A DNA stretch of 49,564 nt. It comes from a virus. Its lineage: Duplodnaviria; Caudoviricetes. This document shows, one piece after another, positions 48,058-49,564 of the stretch (positions within the stretch are counted from its first letter, which is position 1; the number at the start of each line of letters is the position of its first letter). Position numbers and translations under genes: made by a program. Under the pieces are notes generated by a model. The model searched no databases, was not told the DNA's origin, and worked only from the letters and a program-made list of their open reading frames with translations. The stretch spans positions 1 through 49,564 of the IMG/VR virus record IMGVR_UViG_3300046786_000524; one strand, written 5' to 3'.

Positions 48058-48059
48058 CC

Positions 48060-48278
48060 ATGGACAGACACGAATTACAAAAAGATGGGAAGCACCCTGC
48101 GCCATGCGCGAGGTTTTGTGAAGCCAACGCTTTCAAAATCGAACTTAGAAACCTGCAACTTGAAAATTTCAGGCTGCGCGAGGCAATATGCAGAACGCTA
48201 CAAGAAAACAAGCATCTTGCAGACGGAGAAGATTGCACGCTGATCCACATTAAGCGTGCGATGCAATCTAACCCCTGA
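48060..48278 (+). CDS. hypothetical Cys-containing protein (cassette C)
   Basis: 72 aa, HPAPCARFCEA…HLADGEDCTL; fills the space between sites 3 and 4. Confidence 0.65.
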   Translation: MDRHELQKDGKHPAPCARFCEANAFKIELRNLQLENFRLREAICRTLQENKHLADGEDCTLIHIKRAMQSNP

Positions 48279-48320
48279 ATTAAGCCGCGCCTTGGCGTCC
48301 GGTTGAACTGGCGGTTAGAC
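48266..48320 (-). mobile_element. attC-like site 4
   Basis: Minus strand GTCTAAC CGCCA GTTCAACC GGACGCCAAGGCGCG GCTTAAT TCAGGG GTTAGAT. Confidence 0.85.
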
Positions 48321-48348
48321 CCAGCCACAACACCGATAAGAAGACCAT

Positions 48349-48615
48349 ATGGACAAGGACATGCACCACACAGAGTGCCCCCATGGTGGGTACAAAGAAA
48401 AGATCGACCTGACCGTCGAACCATGGGCCACGCTGGCGCCCCTGTGCTGGGACAACCCGTCAGCGTTCCGCCTTGGCTGGGCGGCAGAAGAACATGGCGT
48501 CAAGCAGAACCCGTTCAAAAGCGAGTTCACGCGCGGCGTTTTTGAGGCGGGTCGCCAGAGATGCCGTGAGGCTGGCACGTCAAACACCAAGACGCTGCAT
48601 GCACCTGGGGTCTAA
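48349..48615 (+). CDS. hypothetical protein (cassette D)
   Basis: 88 aa; the stop TAA lies in the attC core. Confidence 0.65.
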   Translation: MDKDMHHTECPHGGYKEKIDLTVEPWATLAPLCWDNPSAFRLGWAAEEHGVKQNPFKSEFTRGVFEAGRQRCREAGTSNTKTLHAPGV

Positions 48616-48665
48616 CGGCTTGGTAACCGGCTGCCGCAGGCAGTCCGGTTGACCTGGTGTTAGGC
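48610..48665 (-). mobile_element. attC-like site 5
   Basis: Minus strand GCCTAAC ACCA GGTCAACC GGACTGCCTGCGGCAGCC GGTTACC AAGCC GTTAGAC. Confidence 0.85.
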
Positions 48666-48699
48666 CACTGGTTGAGAAACGAACGAAAGGACGACTGAC

Positions 48700-49302
48700 A
48701 TGGAATTTCAAGACTTCCCGAAGATGGCGCGGCTGACCCGCGAAGTGATCGTGACCGAGAAGATCGACGGCACGAACGCGCAGGTTTTCATTGGCGAAGA
48801 TGGCACACTGCTGGCCGGCAGCCGCACGCGCTGGATTACCCCGGCCGATGACAATTTCGGCTTTGCCGCGTGGGTTGAAGCGCACCGCGACGAACTGCTG
48901 ACGCTGGGGCCTGGCCGCCACTTTGGCGAGTGGTGGGGTGCCGGCATTCAGCGCCGGTACGGCTTGAGCGAAAAGCGGTTCAGCTTGTTCAACGTGCAGC
49001 GGTGGGCGTTGCACGGCACCGCGCCGAAGACCTACCCGACCGCCGACCCGCGAGTGACGCGCACGCAAGACGTGCTGCCACCCTGCTGCGGGCTGGTGCC
49101 GGTGCTGTATCAAGGCCCGTTTGACACTGCGGCAGTTGATCTGTGCATTGAAAGCCTGCGGCTCACCGGCAGCGTGGCCGCGCCCGGCTTCATGAAGCCC
49201 GAGGGCGTGGTGGTCTTCCACACGGCTGGCAACGTGGGCTTCAAGAAGACCGTGGAGAAGGACGAATTGCCGAAGGCTCTTGCCGCGCTGCAAGTGGCCT
49301 AA
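48700..49302 (+). CDS. RNA ligase, Rnl2-like nucleotidyltransferase domain (cassette E)
   Basis: Motif I TEKIDGTN, GSRTR, FGEWWG, FSLFNV, VPVLYQG, PEGVVV, FKK; the stop TAA lies in the attC core. Confidence 0.85.
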   Translation: MEFQDFPKMARLTREVIVTEKIDGTNAQVFIGEDGTLLAGSRTRWITPADDNFGFAAWVEAHRDELLTLGPGRHFGEWWGAGIQRRYGLSEKRFSLFNVQRWALHGTAPKTYPTADPRVTRTQDVLPPCCGLVPVLYQGPFDTAAVDLCIESLRLTGSVAAPGFMKPEGVVVFHTAGNVGFKKTVEKDELPKALAALQVA

Positions 49303-49353
49303 CGCAGAAGTCAGCGGCGCCGGCACGGCGTCCGCTGGACTGCCGGGTTATAC
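49297..49353 (-). mobile_element. attC-like site 6
   Basis: Minus strand GTATAAC CCGGC AGTCCAGC GGACGCCGTGCCGGCGCC GCTGACT TCTGC GTTAGGC. Confidence 0.85.
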
Positions 49354-49374
49354 GGCTGGAACTACGGAGTGACC

Positions 49375-49564
49375 ATGCTGGAACTGGACAAGATTCACTG
49401 CGGCGACAACTGCGACTTGCTCGGGCAACTGCCGCGAGAGTGCATTGACTTGGTGGTGACAAGCCCGCCATACGATGACCTACGCACCTACGGTGGACAC
49501 TCTTGGGATTTCTTCGGGGTGGCGTGGCAACTGAAGCGCGTGCTGAAGCCTGGCGGCGTAATTG
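49375..49564 (+). CDS. beta-class amino DNA methyltransferase, truncated by the window end (cassette F)
   Basis: GGAG RBS; MLELDKIHCGDNCDLLGQLPRECIDLVVTSPPYDDLR…RVLKPGGV. Confidence 0.85.
   Translation, partial: MLELDKIHCGDNCDLLGQLPRECIDLVVTSPPYDDLRTYGGHSWDFFGVAWQLKRVLKPGGVI

Noticed and set aside
46590-49353. CRISPR array or REP/terminator repeats
   Set aside because: Repeats differ in sequence, spacers are whole genes of about 200-700 bp, there are no U-tracts, and the R/L box geometry fits attC.
46414-49471. Minus-strand ORFs over the cassette array (e.g. 47067-47309, 47125-47307, 48014-48424, 48580-49326)
   Set aside because: These are shadow frames of GC-rich genes and attC read-through (PNRALKRT…, LTGRSSGRLRRRL); the + strand genes carry clear enzyme motifs.
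1-49564. Window as a complete circular genome; tRNA or rRNA genes
   Set aside because: The last ORF (MTase) does not continue into base 1, so a segment is missing; no RNA gene was recognised by eye.

Overview
The window is most of a circularly permuted, short-tailed (podovirus-type) dsDNA phage genome. The morphogenesis genes resemble BPP-1/epsilon15 and the replication and late control are lambdoid. The minus strand (41396 down to 2695) carries cro-like, initiator/DnaB, RusA, a dual-frame C5 methyltransferase, a Q-position regulator with late promoter and terminator, holin-like genes, Ig/cadherin-like proteins, terminase with a class-3 intein, portal, scaffold, capsid, tail tube A/B interrupted by an antisense HNH gene, ejection proteins including a 3086-aa polyvalent protein, a tailspike and a truncated endolysin. 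The plus strand carries the early operon (41638 to the window end, and 1-2625): PD-(D/E)XK nuclease, RecT, a Rad50/SbcC-like ATPase and small accessory genes. The standout is 46590-49564: six integron attC-like sites of 55-58 bp separate single-gene cassettes (three methyltransferases, an RNA ligase, two unknowns). Every attC is inverted relative to its gene, core sites match within cassettes, and no integrase is visible. This looks like an integron-cassette array used by a phage to acquire or shuffle counter-defence genes. All calls are by eye from motifs and synteny; no searches were run.
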